Shown piece after piece: positions 1-8,512 of a DNA stretch of 64,000 nt. Within the stretch, counting starts at the first letter, position 1. The number at the start of each line of letters is the position of its first letter. A program made the position numbers and the translations under genes. The notes beneath the pieces are model-generated. The model did not search any database. It was not told the DNA's origin and worked only from the letters and a program-made list of their open reading frames with translations. This DNA comes from Candidatus Binatia bacterium (lineage in GTDB: Bacteria > Desulfobacterota > Binatia > HRBIN30), in contig CALAMI010000015.1 in NCBI GenBank assembly GCA_937925685.1, positions 232,911 through 296,910 of the forward strand, read 5' to 3'.

Positions 1-937
1 CAGAATCCGACGCCCCAAAATAAAAACTCGGGGGGAGGTAATGGTACTCCCCGAAACCTTGATGGAAGTTAAAAATCGGGGCAACGTTGATGTTGGTAAC
101 AAATGCCGCAGTCCAGTACCCGGCATCGCGCAAGATCTCTGCAACCGTCGTCGCCTCACTAGGCAGTGGGTCGAACTTGTGCACTGCCCCGTGGGCTGGG
201 GAATATTCTCCTGTAAGAATGGAGGCGACGGACGGGCGGGTCCATGAAGATTGGGCATAGCCGTGGCGAAACCACACGCCTTCGCGCGCCAGCGCGTCCA
301 GGTGTGGCGTACGGCCCTTGCCTCCAAGGATCCCCACCGCGTCAGCTCGCAATGTGTCGACGACCACAAGGACCACATTCGGCTGCTCCGGGCTAGCATG
401 CGCTTGCCGCAGCGGCAGCAATTGGTGGGGCTTGAACTGCTCGACACCCATCTTGAGCACCACAAACACAACAAGCCACAAGGCGGGAAGGCGCCATGCT
501 CCTTGCCGACCAGATCCGCAAACCGTCAAGACAACGGCGGCTGCTCCCAGGCTCAAGAGCACGGCACAAAGGACTAAACCCAAGTACACAACGAGCCCCA
601 AGCCACTGAAGGCAGGCGGGAGCTGTTCGGCAAAGAAACGTTGCGCGACATGATAGCGACCGACGATGAATGCCAAAGGCAGCACAACCACGGCCGCGCC
701 CAGCGCGAGCCACGCATGCTCGGACAATCCGCTACGGCGAAAAAGCGCGTACCGCGCAAGTGCAAACGGTAGAACTAAAATTGCCCCCAGTGCTCCATAC
801 GCCCAAAAACCAAAGGGAAACAAACCGAACTCCGCAAGCGTTGCCCCGAGTGCAATGATCGCCCCAGCCTCGACAACGCCCACTAGGCTTCCGCCCCAAG
901 CTCCGGCGCTCATGAGTCCTAGAAGTGAGTATCCCAT
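1..937 (-). CDS. membrane-anchored sulfatase/alkaline-phosphatase-superfamily protein (LtaS/EptA-like); 3' end runs off the window
   Basis: Absent from the ORF track because it is open at the window edge. Reverse-strand translation from ATG at 937 (GGAGG 4 nt upstream) gives 4-5 hydrophobic helices, then NVVLVVVDTLRAD...HGYAQSSWTRPSVASILTGEY. This is the sulfatase-family metal/nucleophile region, with Thr where formylglycine sulfatases have Cys/Ser. Confidence 0.8.
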   Translation of the reverse strand, partial: MGYSLLGLMSAGAWGGSLVGVVEAGAIIALGATLAEFGLFPFGFWAYGALGAILVLPFALARYALFRRSGLSEHAWLALGAAVVVLPLAFIVGRYHVAQRFFAEQLPPAFSGLGLVVYLGLVLCAVLLSLGAAAVVLTVCGSGRQGAWRLPALWLVVFVVLKMGVEQFKPHQLLPLRQAHASPEQPNVVLVVVDTLRADAVGILGGKGRTPHLDALAREGVWFRHGYAQSSWTRPSVASILTGEYSPAHGAVHKFDPLPSEATTVAEILRDAGYWTAAFVTNINVAPIFNFHQGFGEYHYLPPSFYFGASDS

Positions 938-1126
938 GTCACCTCCTCAGAGAGGGTTTCAGCGGCGACGACTTCCGTTCGCACAAATTCACTGTCGCTG
1001 CCAGCTTGTCAGCGCCTCTAGCGTCAAACTGGTCGCCAGAGGCGACCTAGCCCAAGTCCATGGAACGCCACAGGCCTGAGCTGGGCTTCCAGCAAAGCCA
1101 GAGGCTCAGAGGTTCAATCACTGGCC

Positions 1127-3142
1127 CTATTGGCCGAAGCGCACGATTTCGGCATCCTCCCGAAGGACACGCTGTAAGGCCGAGCCCGTTCGCAACGCGT
1201 CCTCCCGCGCAGAGCCGGCCTGGACAGTGACACGAAACACCTTCTTTTGCGCTCCTAATTCAGTTGGGCTCGCGTGGGCATCGAACCCCCGCTGCCGCAA
1301 CGCTCGCACCAACGCCTGAGCACGTTTCCCATTTGGCGTGCTCAAAACCAGCAAAGCGTACCGACCCGGCCCCTCGCGAACCACCGGCGGGCCCTCCTTC
1401 ACATCCGGAAGGCGCAGCGTCTGTCCAGGAACGATCAAATCGACATCCTCCACCTCAGGATTGGCCAGTTTAATCAGATCCAAAACCGTATAACTCGACT
1501 GACCATACTTGGCCCGCGCAATGGCTGACAGTGAGTCTCCAGGCCGAACCACCAGGTTACCATATTCGGCCACATCGACTTGAGGGGCACTGGGCCCCTC
1601 CGGCGGTCTTTGTTGTCTTCTTCCGCCTAGGCTAACCACGTCACCCAACCGTGCTCCTACCTCCCGAGAAGAGCTCAGCCCAGGACTTGAGGGCAAAGCA
1701 AAGCCCGGCTCGGGCTTGTCCTGCTCCGGCATGTCGCCCCTCGCGTGGATCCTTCTTTCCGAACGATCCCCCACCGACCCACTAGACGCCAAATTCTGCT
1801 CAGCCCCTGATGGCCTGTCCTCGGCAAGAATTCGCTCGTCTTCAGGACTGCCCCCCAGAGCCACTGACTCAACGGGCACATCTGCCAGCATTGCCAGACG
1901 CGGGACCGGTTCTGTTTCGACTGCTGAAACAGTCGGGGCCGGAGCAGAAACTTCGGTCATACTACCAGCTTTCTCTGCCTGGGCACCAGCCACGGGCGCT
2001 AGTGCTTCTGATTCACTTTCTCGAGCTCTCTGCGGAGCTTCTGCAACCTCCCCCCGCACGACATCTATAGCCTCCGCACGAACGGGCACGTCAGGAGGTT
2101 CGATAACTCCGATTTCCGCAGTCCTAGCGGGCTCTTCCACAGAAGCCGGCGCAGCAACGTACGCTTGCCAGATCGAACGCGCGGCGGTCCAAGCCGCCAA
2201 GCCGGTAGCGAGGACGGCACCTGTCAACGCAACTCTTTGCCACCACGAGCGCGACTGGTTGAATCGAACGCGCTCCAACCGAGGCTGTTCCTGTTCTCCA
2301 GCGCCCTTTGCCTCGTCGGACGCGGTGCTCGCAGAGTCCACCGGCAGAAGGTCTGCAGCTGCCTCCTCGATAATTTCGGCCGTGATCCGTTTTTTCCCCA
2401 TGGCGTAACCAATGACCAAGGCATTGTCGCACACCACGTTGACTAATCGAGGAATACCGCGCGAGAAACGATAAATGTACTCTTCGGCATCGCGGCTAAA
2501 CACCCTCGTGTCCGGAGCACCTGCCGCTTCCAAGCGAAAGCGAATGTATTCGGAGACTTCCTCTCGGGATAGCGGCAAAAGGCGACAGTTCACGCTGATC
2601 CGCTGCCGCAACTGACGGAGTACCGGATTGCTTAATTTCTGACCTAACTCGGGCTGGCCGGACAAAACGATCTGGATGATCTTTTCCTTGGCCGTCTCCA
2701 AGTTGGAAAGCAGCCTGAGATCTTCGAGGACACCGTACTCCAGGTCTTGCGCCTCGTCGATGAGCAAGGCCACATTGCGTCCATTGCGCAGCTCCTCCAG
2801 CAAGAACATGTTCAGGCGCTGCAACATGTACAATTTCTTCCCACTGTGGATTGGTAGGTCGAACTCGGCGAACATGTACTCCAGGATCTCCTCGAAGCTC
2901 ACGTTCGTGTTGAACAAGAACACCGTACGCGTGCTTCGATCCAACTCCTCCAGCAAGCGTTTCAGGAGGGTGGTTTTCCCGGTACCCGCCTCGCCAATCA
3001 GGGTAATGAAGCCCTTCCGCTGAGTGATGCCGTAGTGCAAGGAGGCAATGGCTTCCCGGTAGCGAGCATTGAGATACAAGAATTTTGGGTCGGGAGTCAC
3101 GTTAAACGGGCGTTCTCGGAACTGATAAAACTCGCAGTACAT
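1127..3142 (-). CDS. ExeA/GspA-family AAA ATPase, single TM, periplasmic low-complexity linker, LysM and SPOR-like domains
   Basis: Start moved to the internal ATG at 3142 (AGGAGG 10 nt upstream; MYCEFYQFRERPF matches typical ExeA N-termini). Walker A GEAGTGKT and Walker B LLIDEAQ are present. TM WWQRVALTGAVLATGLAAW lies at ~2165-2245. An A/E/P-rich linker follows. LysM-like VVRPGDSLSAIA...IVPGQTLRLP is at ~1406-1561, and a C-terminal SPOR-like repeat at ~1130-1366. Confidence 0.85.
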   Translation of the reverse strand: MYCEFYQFRERPFNVTPDPKFLYLNARYREAIASLHYGITQRKGFITLIGEAGTGKTTLLKRLLEELDRSTRTVFLFNTNVSFEEILEYMFAEFDLPIHSGKKLYMLQRLNMFLLEELRNGRNVALLIDEAQDLEYGVLEDLRLLSNLETAKEKIIQIVLSGQPELGQKLSNPVLRQLRQRISVNCRLLPLSREEVSEYIRFRLEAAGAPDTRVFSRDAEEYIYRFSRGIPRLVNVVCDNALVIGYAMGKKRITAEIIEEAAADLLPVDSASTASDEAKGAGEQEQPRLERVRFNQSRSWWQRVALTGAVLATGLAAWTAARSIWQAYVAAPASVEEPARTAEIGVIEPPDVPVRAEAIDVVRGEVAEAPQRARESESEALAPVAGAQAEKAGSMTEVSAPAPTVSAVETEPVPRLAMLADVPVESVALGGSPEDERILAEDRPSGAEQNLASSGSVGDRSERRIHARGDMPEQDKPEPGFALPSSPGLSSSREVGARLGDVVSLGGRRQQRPPEGPSAPQVDVAEYGNLVVRPGDSLSAIARAKYGQSSYTVLDLIKLANPEVEDVDLIVPGQTLRLPDVKEGPPVVREGPGRYALLVLSTPNGKRAQALVRALRQRGFDAHASPTELGAQKKVFRVTVQAGSAREDALRTGSALQRVLREDAEIVRFGQ

Positions 3143-3238
3143 CGAAGAGCATCCTCCTAGGGCGTCGCCGCTCCACACCTCCGGCATGGCCGCCATTGCT
3201 GCTCCTTCGAGGCAGCCCTCAATCCAAGCATAAGCATC

Positions 3239-4663
3239 TTAGGCATGGCGATAGGCGGCAGCACGGATGCCCAAGTCCCGCATTTTACGATGCAAGGTTG
3301 CCTGATCAATACCAGCATGTCGAGCCGCCTGCGTCACGTTGCCACGGTACTGTTTCAGTAACTCTTCTACATACCAGCGTTCTGCGTCTCGCACAAACTC
3401 GCGTAGCGATTGCTTCCATGATGCTATCGAAGTACCACGCTGCTCGTTCTCCCGGCCAACTCCAACGTCGACTCGAGAAATCGAGCGACCATCGGCGGTG
3501 ACAATTGCCCGCTCGAGCACGTTCCACAGTTCGCGAATGTTGCCCGGCCAATCATAATCCATCAACACGGCCATGGCATCTTCACTGACCCGGTCAATAC
3601 CCTTTTCTCGCGCCAAGGGATGCCGTTGCAAGTACTCCGCAACCAACAAGGGAATGTCTTCACGTCGATCGCGCAAAGGAGGCAGCTGAAGTGGGATCAC
3701 AGCAATGCGGTAATAAAAATCCTCCCGCATCGTTCCTTGCGCGACACACTGGGCAAGGTCGCGATTGCTTGCCGCCACCACTCGCATATCCACACGCATG
3801 CGCTCATTACTACCCAAACGTTCCACGGTTCGCTCTTCCAAAACACGCAGCAGTTTACTTTGCATGGCCAGCGGTATGCTCTCGACTTCGTCAAGAAACA
3901 GCGTGCCTCCGTGGGCGGACTCCACTTTGCCCGCGCGGTTCACCGTAGCACCCGTGAAAGCGCCTTTCTCGTAACCGAAAAGCTCGCTTTCCAACAGGTT
4001 TTCTGGAATCGCTGCACAGTTGATCGGGACGAAGGGTCCCTGCCGTCGCTTGCCCTGCTCGTGGAGCGCGCGAGCCACCAGCTCTTTTCCGGTGCCGGAC
4101 TCTCCGGTGATCAGTACCGTCACGTCAGTATTCGCCAGTGAAGCCACCAGACGAAACACCTCGCGCATCCGCGCATTGCGGCTCAGCATGTTCCCGAAAC
4201 GGTACCTCTCGGCAAGTTGGTCTTTCAGGTTTTGGATCTCGTCCAACAGCCGGCGACGATCAAACACACGCCGGATCGCCAGCGCGAGCTCCTCCGGAGA
4301 AAACGGCTTGGTCACATAATCGGCCGCCCCCAAGCGCATGGCTTCGACAGCTCCGCGGATCGTGCCGTGAGCTGTCACCATAATGACATCGATCGTCGTC
4401 CACCGCCGCCGGATTTCTTGAAGCAAGCTTGCCCCGTCACGCCCCGGCATCATCAAGTCCAGGAGCACCAAGGAGTAGCAGCGCTCCTCCAGACGAGAGA
4501 GCGCTTCCGTAGCCTCCTCAGCTACGTCAGCTCGATAGCCCTGCTGCTCGCAGAGGTGCTGGAGCTGCCGTCGAATCAACGGATCATCATCCACGACGAG
4601 TATTCGTCCGCTCGTTACTTCTGGGCTCGGCTCGGGCCTGCCCGCGAAAGCCATAGAATCCAT
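3239..4663 (-). CDS. sigma-54-dependent response regulator (NtrC family: REC - AAA+ - Fis-type HTH)
   Basis: Motifs: ILVVDDDP...LLDLMMPG...KPF receiver; GESGTGKE Walker A; canonical GAFTGA; TLFLDEV Walker B; C-terminal GNVTQAARHAGIDQATLHRKM HTH. Start set at ATG 4663 (GAGGAGGG upstream). It overlaps the upstream gene by 49 nt. Confidence 0.9.
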   Translation of the reverse strand: MDSMAFAGRPEPSPEVTSGRILVVDDDPLIRRQLQHLCEQQGYRADVAEEATEALSRLEERCYSLVLLDLMMPGRDGASLLQEIRRRWTTIDVIMVTAHGTIRGAVEAMRLGAADYVTKPFSPEELALAIRRVFDRRRLLDEIQNLKDQLAERYRFGNMLSRNARMREVFRLVASLANTDVTVLITGESGTGKELVARALHEQGKRRQGPFVPINCAAIPENLLESELFGYEKGAFTGATVNRAGKVESAHGGTLFLDEVESIPLAMQSKLLRVLEERTVERLGSNERMRVDMRVVAASNRDLAQCVAQGTMREDFYYRIAVIPLQLPPLRDRREDIPLLVAEYLQRHPLAREKGIDRVSEDAMAVLMDYDWPGNIRELWNVLERAIVTADGRSISRVDVGVGRENEQRGTSIASWKQSLREFVRDAERWYVEELLKQYRGNVTQAARHAGIDQATLHRKMRDLGIRAAAYRHA

Positions 4664-5286
4664 TCCCGCCCTCCTCGGCAGGTCAGGTTCGACCGAAGTC
4701 CTCCCCCTTGACCAGCCAGGCATTTCTCCATGACCGCTTGATACAACTCCCCAGCAGCACTGCGTTTGGGGTTACTCCTCTCAGCAGCAAGCCGAAGGAG
4801 AAACCGCCCCGCTTCTGCGACCGGACAAAGCGTCACAACCTCGCCGGGTGGCACCCCATCCTCCGCCAGAAGAGCCGGCAAGTAACTGACGGCCGTACCC
4901 ATAGCACTTGGATTGACCAGCAACTCCAGCTCGTACTTTCCAACCTCCTCGCCGATCATTTGCACCCGATAACGCCGCTCCAACGTCAACACTACGTTGC
5001 CCAGCAGCGCACGGGCATGGAAAATCTCGAGCTCTGATGGGGGCTGCACCAAGTAGTCCAGCAAGGACCGGGTCAAACGTTCCAGCTCATCAACGGTTTT
5101 TCTCAAAGGCTCCGCCAACGAATGTTCGCTCCACTCCAAGGTTTGTTCCATCGCTCGAAACCGCTGGAACAAGTTCCCTAGCCAATGACTCGCTGCATCA
5201 ATGACATCCACGTTAGAGTCGGTTAAAGCCCGTCCGTTAGGCTCCAACCGGCATGCTCCCTGCTCTTTCCCTGTTGTCTCCTTCAT
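4615..5286 (-). CDS. minimal histidine-kinase-like protein (H-box-like helix, degenerate ATP-binding domain, no sensor domain)
   Basis: The 223-aa ORF sits between the binding protein and the NtrC regulator. AASHWLGNLFQ resembles an H-box (His34, codon 5185-5187). The C-terminal half has no recognisable DxGxG/GxGxG ATP-lid motifs. Confidence 0.5.
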   Translation of the reverse strand: MKETTGKEQGACRLEPNGRALTDSNVDVIDAASHWLGNLFQRFRAMEQTLEWSEHSLAEPLRKTVDELERLTRSLLDYLVQPPSELEIFHARALLGNVVLTLERRYRVQMIGEEVGKYELELLVNPSAMGTAVSYLPALLAEDGVPPGEVVTLCPVAEAGRFLLRLAAERSNPKRSAAGELYQAVMEKCLAGQGGGLRSNLTCRGGREWILWLSRAGPSRAQK

Positions 5287-5310
5287 AAGCGAGGCTCGGT
5301 GGCGGGGTCG

Positions 5311-6447
5311 TCACGTTGAGAGCCAGTGTCGCTCACACGGTTCAAACAGCTCGACAAACATAGTTCTTCCGCCCTCGATACGACGGATCAATAGCCAGTC
5401 TCCTTTGTACGCCTTATGGTCGAACGGGCCAAGGCTCATATGTGTCCGCGGCCCTCCGTTTACTGCCGGGAGCATTCGAACCCTTTCCAGTCCCTCCTTA
5501 AACCCTCTCGGGGTTAATAACGGCGACCGGGCGAGCCCTTCAGCAACCAGCATGGCGGTATCCCAGCTCAAAGCGGTCACGGTGTGATCACATCGTCGGC
5601 CCAGGGCAGTAGCCACGCGATCCAACACCGGTTGGAGCCGGGGGTTAGCCTCGCACATCTGGTCGATGCCGTACCATCCCTCCAAGGCCGCCATCCATTC
5701 TCGCTTGGCGTAACAAAACTGAAAGGCTGTGGTCATGATTCTAGGCGGAAACCAACCCAGCTTCGCAAAAATCCGACCTAACAAAATCGTTGGATAGCCG
5801 TACCCCAGGTAAGCAAGGCAATCCGGCATGGCCTCTTGGAGTTTACGAACAACTGCCTCTAAATGGTCCGGGGTCTGGCTTGTATACCCTTCAGCTACGA
5901 TGTCGAGTTCATGACGCTGCGCAAAGTGACGGAAGTTGTGCGAGTACTCCGTACCACCTGGACTCAGTTCATGAATCATGGCCACTCGGCGAAGACCTTG
6001 CCGACAAATCCAGTTTGCCATGAGCGCGGCTTCCTCAGCGAGCCCGCCATTCCCTAAATTGAAGCAGTACTCGCCAAAATAGCGCTCCGTGCCCGTCCAC
6101 GTAATCGCAGGTACGCCCCGCCGCTCGATTTCCGGAGCCAGCGCCAAAGAGTTGTCCGTTATCAAAGGCCCAATCACTCCCAGTACTCCAGCCTCAACCA
6201 GCTCGCGGTAACCCTTGATCGTATTCCGTGCTTCGAGCCGCGGGAGGCCAACCGCCTCTTTGACGACTAGCTCGACGGCCCGCGGTAGTCTTCCTGCGGT
6301 CTCGGCTTCAGCAAAGGCGAGTCTAAGCGTGGCCAGAAATTCCTCCTTCGTCCCCATGTCGATATCGATCAACACACCGATCTTCACCGGCGCAAAGGCC
6401 AAGCCATGTGGGAGCGTTCTAGTTGTCGCCATCGTCGCAAACCTCAC
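5311..6447 (-). CDS. type I periplasmic-binding-protein fold (LivJ/AmiC-like ligand-binding protein), no obvious signal peptide
   Basis: VKIGVLIDI...GVLGVIGPLITDNSLALAPEIERRGVPAITWTG...RRVAMIHELSPGGTEY is the typical Leu/Ile/Val-binding-protein layout. The N-terminus MRFATMATTRTLPHGLAF lacks a hydrophobic h-region or lipobox. Confidence 0.8.
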   Translation of the reverse strand: MRFATMATTRTLPHGLAFAPVKIGVLIDIDMGTKEEFLATLRLAFAEAETAGRLPRAVELVVKEAVGLPRLEARNTIKGYRELVEAGVLGVIGPLITDNSLALAPEIERRGVPAITWTGTERYFGEYCFNLGNGGLAEEAALMANWICRQGLRRVAMIHELSPGGTEYSHNFRHFAQRHELDIVAEGYTSQTPDHLEAVVRKLQEAMPDCLAYLGYGYPTILLGRIFAKLGWFPPRIMTTAFQFCYAKREWMAALEGWYGIDQMCEANPRLQPVLDRVATALGRRCDHTVTALSWDTAMLVAEGLARSPLLTPRGFKEGLERVRMLPAVNGGPRTHMSLGPFDHKAYKGDWLLIRRIEGGRTMFVELFEPCERHWLST

Positions 6448-6560
6448 AGGACGTCAAGTCGGGGAGTGTCTAATAGCCCAGAATGCCCGAAGACGCCGAC
6501 TCTGTGCAAGCTCAATCCGTGACGCCTTCCGCAAGCAAAGGCAAACGAACCCCGGGCAAC

Positions 6561-6599
6561 CCTTTGCTCGCGGTAACCCGAGGTTACGGCGAGCAAAGG
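6561..6599. promoter_or_regulatory. 39-nt near-perfect inverted repeat in a divergent promoter region
   Basis: CCTTTGCTCGCGGTAACC-cga-GGTTACGGCGAGCAAAGG has 18-nt arms with one mismatch. It lies between the divergent start codons at 6447 (-) and 6698 (+). An extra GCAAAGG half-copy is at 6535-6541. Confidence 0.55.
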
Positions 6600-6697
6600 A
6601 AATTCTCGGTCATTCTTTCCGACTTTCACGACAGCAGCGTTCGCTCCGTTGACTTTCGCCGCTATTCAAGGATAGGTTTTTCAAGGCGATCGCCCTA

Positions 6698-8512
6698 ATG
6701 GTCCGGCGCAAGGGCGGGCAAGGAGTCGGTGGAGTGGAGCGCCTGCGAATCGGAGTCGTCGATCGGTCACCCAGTGTCCGGGAAACCATCGCCATTGTCT
6801 TGCGCGAGCACGAAGTGATTCGGTTCGCCCCGGATGCGTTCACAAAACTTCCATCGGCTTTTGGCGGCGACCTGCTCATCATCGAACGGGGATCTATCGA
6901 GACCGAGGTTTTGGCTCGCCTAGCGCCCGGGATTCCGGTGATCTGGCTGCAGGCGGAGCACGAGCGGCAAGCCGAAGATGCGGCGCTGCCTCGCGTTTTT
7001 CCGCCCCAGTTGTTGCGACGTCGTGTGCGTGAGGTTGTTGCAGCGAGCCATCTCGCTCGCGACCCACTGCTTTTACCGGCGTTCGGCCATCCCTTGATCC
7101 CGCGCGAGTCCGAAGCGACGCTTCGCGCCGCTTTGCAAACGAGGCTTCCTACTATCATCTACGGAGAACCAGGTGTGGGCAAGCTACGCCTCGCTCGCGC
7201 ACTCCACCGGGCAAGCGGCAATGCATTTTTTTGCCAGATCAGTGCTGCTACGTGTGACCGTGCGCTTGTAGATCATCTCAAAGCGCAAACCGCGAAAGGA
7301 AAGGCCACGCTTTGCGTCGTAGGGCTTGAGTCACGAACATCGCTTGCAGAAACCGTGTTGCTGGAAGTGGTCGACTCCCTCGTAGGAGTAGACCCCCGGG
7401 TTTGGATGATCTCCCTGAGCCGGCTTAGTCCCGAGGAGCTAGCGGAGGCGACTCCGAAAATCGAAACATTTTTGCACCGGTCTGGCGTCTTCGTCGTGTC
7501 TCTCCCACCTTTGCGCCAACGCACCGAGGATCTCCCCGCTATTATCGCCGCAGAAAGTCAACGGCTTAGCGAGGTGCTCCATGTGAGCCCCGCCGCCTTT
7601 ACTCCCGAGGCTTGGGAGCGGCTGAGGCATTACCTATGGTTCGGCAACTTGTACGAACTCGAGACAGTCCTCGCTCGGACGATGACCTTGGTGACTCACC
7701 GGCCCATTGCTGCCGACGAACTTCTGTTCGACGCTTCCGGTCCTTCGGTCACCCACAACACCTCGGCACCACCACGAACGCAAGAAATCGAGAACTCTTC
7801 AAGCCCGACGAGTCCGAGCGCTTGGCAGCTCGAAGTGCTTCTCAACGAACTGGCACACGAACTGAAAAACCCCTTGGTCACCATTAAAACCATTAGTCAA
7901 CACCTTGAACGGCTCCTCAACGACGAGACGGGCCGCGAGCAGATTGCTCAGCTTGCTGGCGAAGCAGTGACTCGAATGGACCAACTTCTCGAGAACCTCC
8001 TCCGCTTCGCTCGCTTTGGGGCGCCGCGGTTGGAATCAACGACTGTCAATGCTGTGCTGGCCCCGGCACTTGCCGCACTAGCTTCTCTTCTTTCGGAAAA
8101 GCAGGTCTTGCTCCACTATATCCCCCCAGAGGCCAAGACCATCCTTGGTGATCCGGCTCAACTAAGCTTTGCCCTGGAAAACATGCTGCGATCGATCGTG
8201 CGGGACCTCGAAGAGGGTACAACCCTGGCAATACAAGCCTCTGCGAGAGGGACGGGAATCGAAGTGCGGTACCCCCGTCCTCAGGCAGGAGTCACGGAGC
8301 GACTCCAAAATTACATCGATCGTCAACCGTCGAACGAGGCGGTCGTCGAGCCTTTGGGGTTTTTGATCGGCCGGTCACTCCTGCGCCGTAATCGCGTGGA
8401 AGTCGAAGAGCACAGCGAAGGCTCCAACCGGTGCGTAACCATTATTTTTCCGCCAGCTACGGAGACAACAGCGATCTACTATGGCGAAACGACGCGTTCT
8501 CATCGTGGATGA
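6698..8512 (+). CDS. histidine kinase fused to a degenerate receiver-like domain and a degenerate sigma-54-activator (bEBP) AAA+ domain
   Basis: REC-like region ~6743-7042. bEBP-like region ~7079-7732: GEPGVGK replaces GESGTGKE, VVGLES replaces the DE Walker B, and the GAFTGA loop segment is absent. The family hallmarks LPPLRQRTEDLPAII and WFGNLYELETVL are retained. HisKA LLNELAHELKNPL follows (His387, 7856-7858). The HATPase-like end has an N-box (ENMLRSIV) but no clear DxGxG. Confidence 0.75.
   Translation: MVRRKGGQGVGGVERLRIGVVDRSPSVRETIAIVLREHEVIRFAPDAFTKLPSAFGGDLLIIERGSIETEVLARLAPGIPVIWLQAEHERQAEDAALPRVFPPQLLRRRVREVVAASHLARDPLLLPAFGHPLIPRESEATLRAALQTRLPTIIYGEPGVGKLRLARALHRASGNAFFCQISAATCDRALVDHLKAQTAKGKATLCVVGLESRTSLAETVLLEVVDSLVGVDPRVWMISLSRLSPEELAEATPKIETFLHRSGVFVVSLPPLRQRTEDLPAIIAAESQRLSEVLHVSPAAFTPEAWERLRHYLWFGNLYELETVLARTMTLVTHRPIAADELLFDASGPSVTHNTSAPPRTQEIENSSSPTSPSAWQLEVLLNELAHELKNPLVTIKTISQHLERLLNDETGREQIAQLAGEAVTRMDQLLENLLRFARFGAPRLESTTVNAVLAPALAALASLLSEKQVLLHYIPPEAKTILGDPAQLSFALENMLRSIVRDLEEGTTLAIQASARGTGIEVRYPRPQAGVTERLQNYIDRQPSNEAVVEPLGFLIGRSLLRRNRVEVEEHSEGSNRCVTIIFPPATETTAIYYGETTRSHRG

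Noticed and set aside
1716-2408. Long antisense or out-of-frame ORFs throughout the window (for example 1716-2408 +, 15280-15933 -, 23388-24053 -, 27584-28372 -, 33769-34314 -, 58884-59516 +)
   Set aside because: Each lies wholly inside a gene with strong family motifs on the other strand or frame. Their products are Arg/Ala/Pro/Ser-rich with no motifs. This is typical of shadow ORFs in ~60% GC DNA.
1127-4663. PEP-CTERM/exosortase regulatory locus (PrsR-like regulator plus TIGR03015-like ATPase)
   Set aside because: The pairing is suggestive, but no exosortase, PrsK-type kinase, PEP-CTERM substrate or EPS gene is in the window. It is kept only as a caveat in the ExeA finding.
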